Below the pieces are notes generated by a model. That model saw only the letters and a list, made by a program, of their open reading frames with translations, did no database searches and was not told where the DNA came from. DNA of 64,000 nucleotides. Source: Ornithinimicrobium sp. (GTDB taxonomy: Bacteria > Actinomycetota > Actinomycetes > Actinomycetales > Dermatophilaceae). How positions within the stretch are numbered: the first letter of the stretch is position 1; each line of letters starts with the position of its first letter. The stretch is from the NCBI RefSeq assembly GCF_030537745.1, contig NZ_JAUNVI010000007.1:10267-74266 (forward strand), in the 5' to 3' direction. The translations under genes and the position numbers were made by a program. Positions 62,714 through 64,000 of this stretch are shown piece after piece.

Positions 62714-64000
62714 TCGATCTGTCAGAAGGCCAGGTACTGCCCGTGGTTGACGCGCGTTACTCCCCGGCGCAACTCGCTGGGCTCCTGGGGACCCATCTGC
62801 CCACGCCTGAGCAGACAGCCATCATCGGGGCGCCACTGCTACCGACCGTGGTGGTCGCGGGCGCCGGCTCGGGAAAGACCGAGACCATGGCCGCACGGGT
62901 CGTCTGGCTCATCGCAAACGGCTTTGTCCTCCCGCAGGACGTGCTCGGGCTGACCTTCACCCGGAAGGCCGCGCTTGAGTTGTCGGCACGGCTAGCCGAC
63001 AAACTCGGGCTTCTCCGGGCAGCAGGCATCTGGACCGCACCGTCGGAGGTCGACGGGGCTGGGACCGAGCACACCGGTCGGCTCTCGGCGGCGCAGATGG
63101 GTCAGGTCGATGCTTTCGACCTGCCTACTGTCTCGACCTACCACGCTTACGCCGGACGCCTGGTCGCTGAGCATGGGTTGCGGCTAGGGATCGAGCCGGA
63201 CGCCCGGCTGCTCTCGGAAGCAGCGTGTTGGCAACTGGCTCATGAAGTGGTGATTTCTTACGGCGGAGACATGGAGGCGATGGACCGGGCCGAGTCGACA
63301 GTCGTGCGGGCCGTCCTCGGCCTTGCCGGCGAGCTCGGGGAGCACCTGGTCGAGCCCGACGAGGCCGCCCGGTGGATCCGCGAGATCGCGGACCGGTTGC
63401 GCTTCCTCCCCGGTGCCGCCGGTAAGAAACCCAAGGTCATCGCACGTGACCTGGCCAACACCCTGGACATGCAGGCGCTCGTCTACCCCATCGTCGAGGC
63501 CTACCGGAGAGCCAAGACCGCCCAGGGCGCCCTCGACTTCGGGGATCAGATGGCGCTGGCTGCGCGGCTGGCACGTGACGTTCCCGAGGTCGCCAAGGCC
63601 GAGCGCATTCGCTACCGAGCGGTGCTGCTGGACGAGTTCCAGGACACCTCCGAGGCACAGATGGTCCTGATGACCTCCCTGTTCGCGGGTGCTGACCTGC
63701 CCGTGACCGCGGTCGGCGACCCGCACCAGTCGATCTACGGGTGGCGCGGGGCGAGCGCGACGACGCTGACCAGGTTTCCGATGGAGTTCGCCGTCGGCGG
63801 GCAGGCAGCGAAGGTGCTCCACCTGTCGACGTCCTGGCGCAACGACGAGGCGGTCCTTGCCGCCGCCAACGCGGTCGCCGCGCCCTTGCGTGAAACCACC
63901 CGGATCCCCGTGCGCACCCTGCACGCGCGACCAGGTGCAGGCGACGGGGTGGTGGAGGTCGCTCGCCTTTGCGACCATGTCACGGAGGCTGAGCACGTCG
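62710..64000 (+). CDS. adnB: AdnB subunit of the AdnAB helicase-nuclease (partial, runs off the window; not in the ORF track)
   Basis: ATG overlaps the adnA stop (ATGA); translated by hand: PTPEQ, AGAGSGKTETMAARV, GLTFTRKAA, LLDEFQDTS, VGDPHQSIYGWRGA. Confidence 0.88.
   Translation, partial: MIDLSEGQVLPVVDARYSPAQLAGLLGTHLPTPEQTAIIGAPLLPTVVVAGAGSGKTETMAARVVWLIANGFVLPQDVLGLTFTRKAALELSARLADKLGLLRAAGIWTAPSEVDGAGTEHTGRLSAAQMGQVDAFDLPTVSTYHAYAGRLVAEHGLRLGIEPDARLLSEAACWQLAHEVVISYGGDMEAMDRAESTVVRAVLGLAGELGEHLVEPDEAARWIREIADRLRFLPGAAGKKPKVIARDLANTLDMQALVYPIVEAYRRAKTAQGALDFGDQMALAARLARDVPEVAKAERIRYRAVLLDEFQDTSEAQMVLMTSLFAGADLPVTAVGDPHQSIYGWRGASATTLTRFPMEFAVGGQAAKVLHLSTSWRNDEAVLAAANAVAAPLRETTRIPVRTLHARPGAGDGVVEVARLCDHVTEAEHV

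Overview
High-GC actinobacterial chromosome segment. Gene order and content suggest Micrococcales, possibly Ornithinimicrobiaceae/Intrasporangiaceae (inference). Most of the 64 kb is recognisable core genome: pfkB-glpX, xseAB, ispH, a polar amino-acid ABC transporter, an NCS2 purine permease, rmuC, ychF, a guanidine-III riboswitch with an SMR exporter, monomeric icd, a Dpp/Opp ABC operon, typA-mshB, fdxA-gltA, LOG-DivIVA-tag, PaaX, DUF3117, sigE-htrA-tatB, mrp, an MgtE-like protein, Xaa-Pro aminopeptidase, a DEAD-box helicase and adnA-adnB (cut by the window end). I see no rRNA, tRNA, CRISPR array, integrase or transposase, and no convincing new intact multi-gene system. The most unusual sequence is the accessory patch right after ychF (about 13.0-14.4 kb). 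It holds a higBA locus collapsed by two internal deletions, a GNAT gene whose C-terminal blocks appear inverted in place one by one, and a frameshifted TPR remnant. Other leads are the absence of dapC/dapD/dapE from their usual locus, sigE without rseA, and an unannotated 37-aa Arg-rich ORF with its own promoter and terminator. Family assignments come from motifs read by eye; no database search was run.
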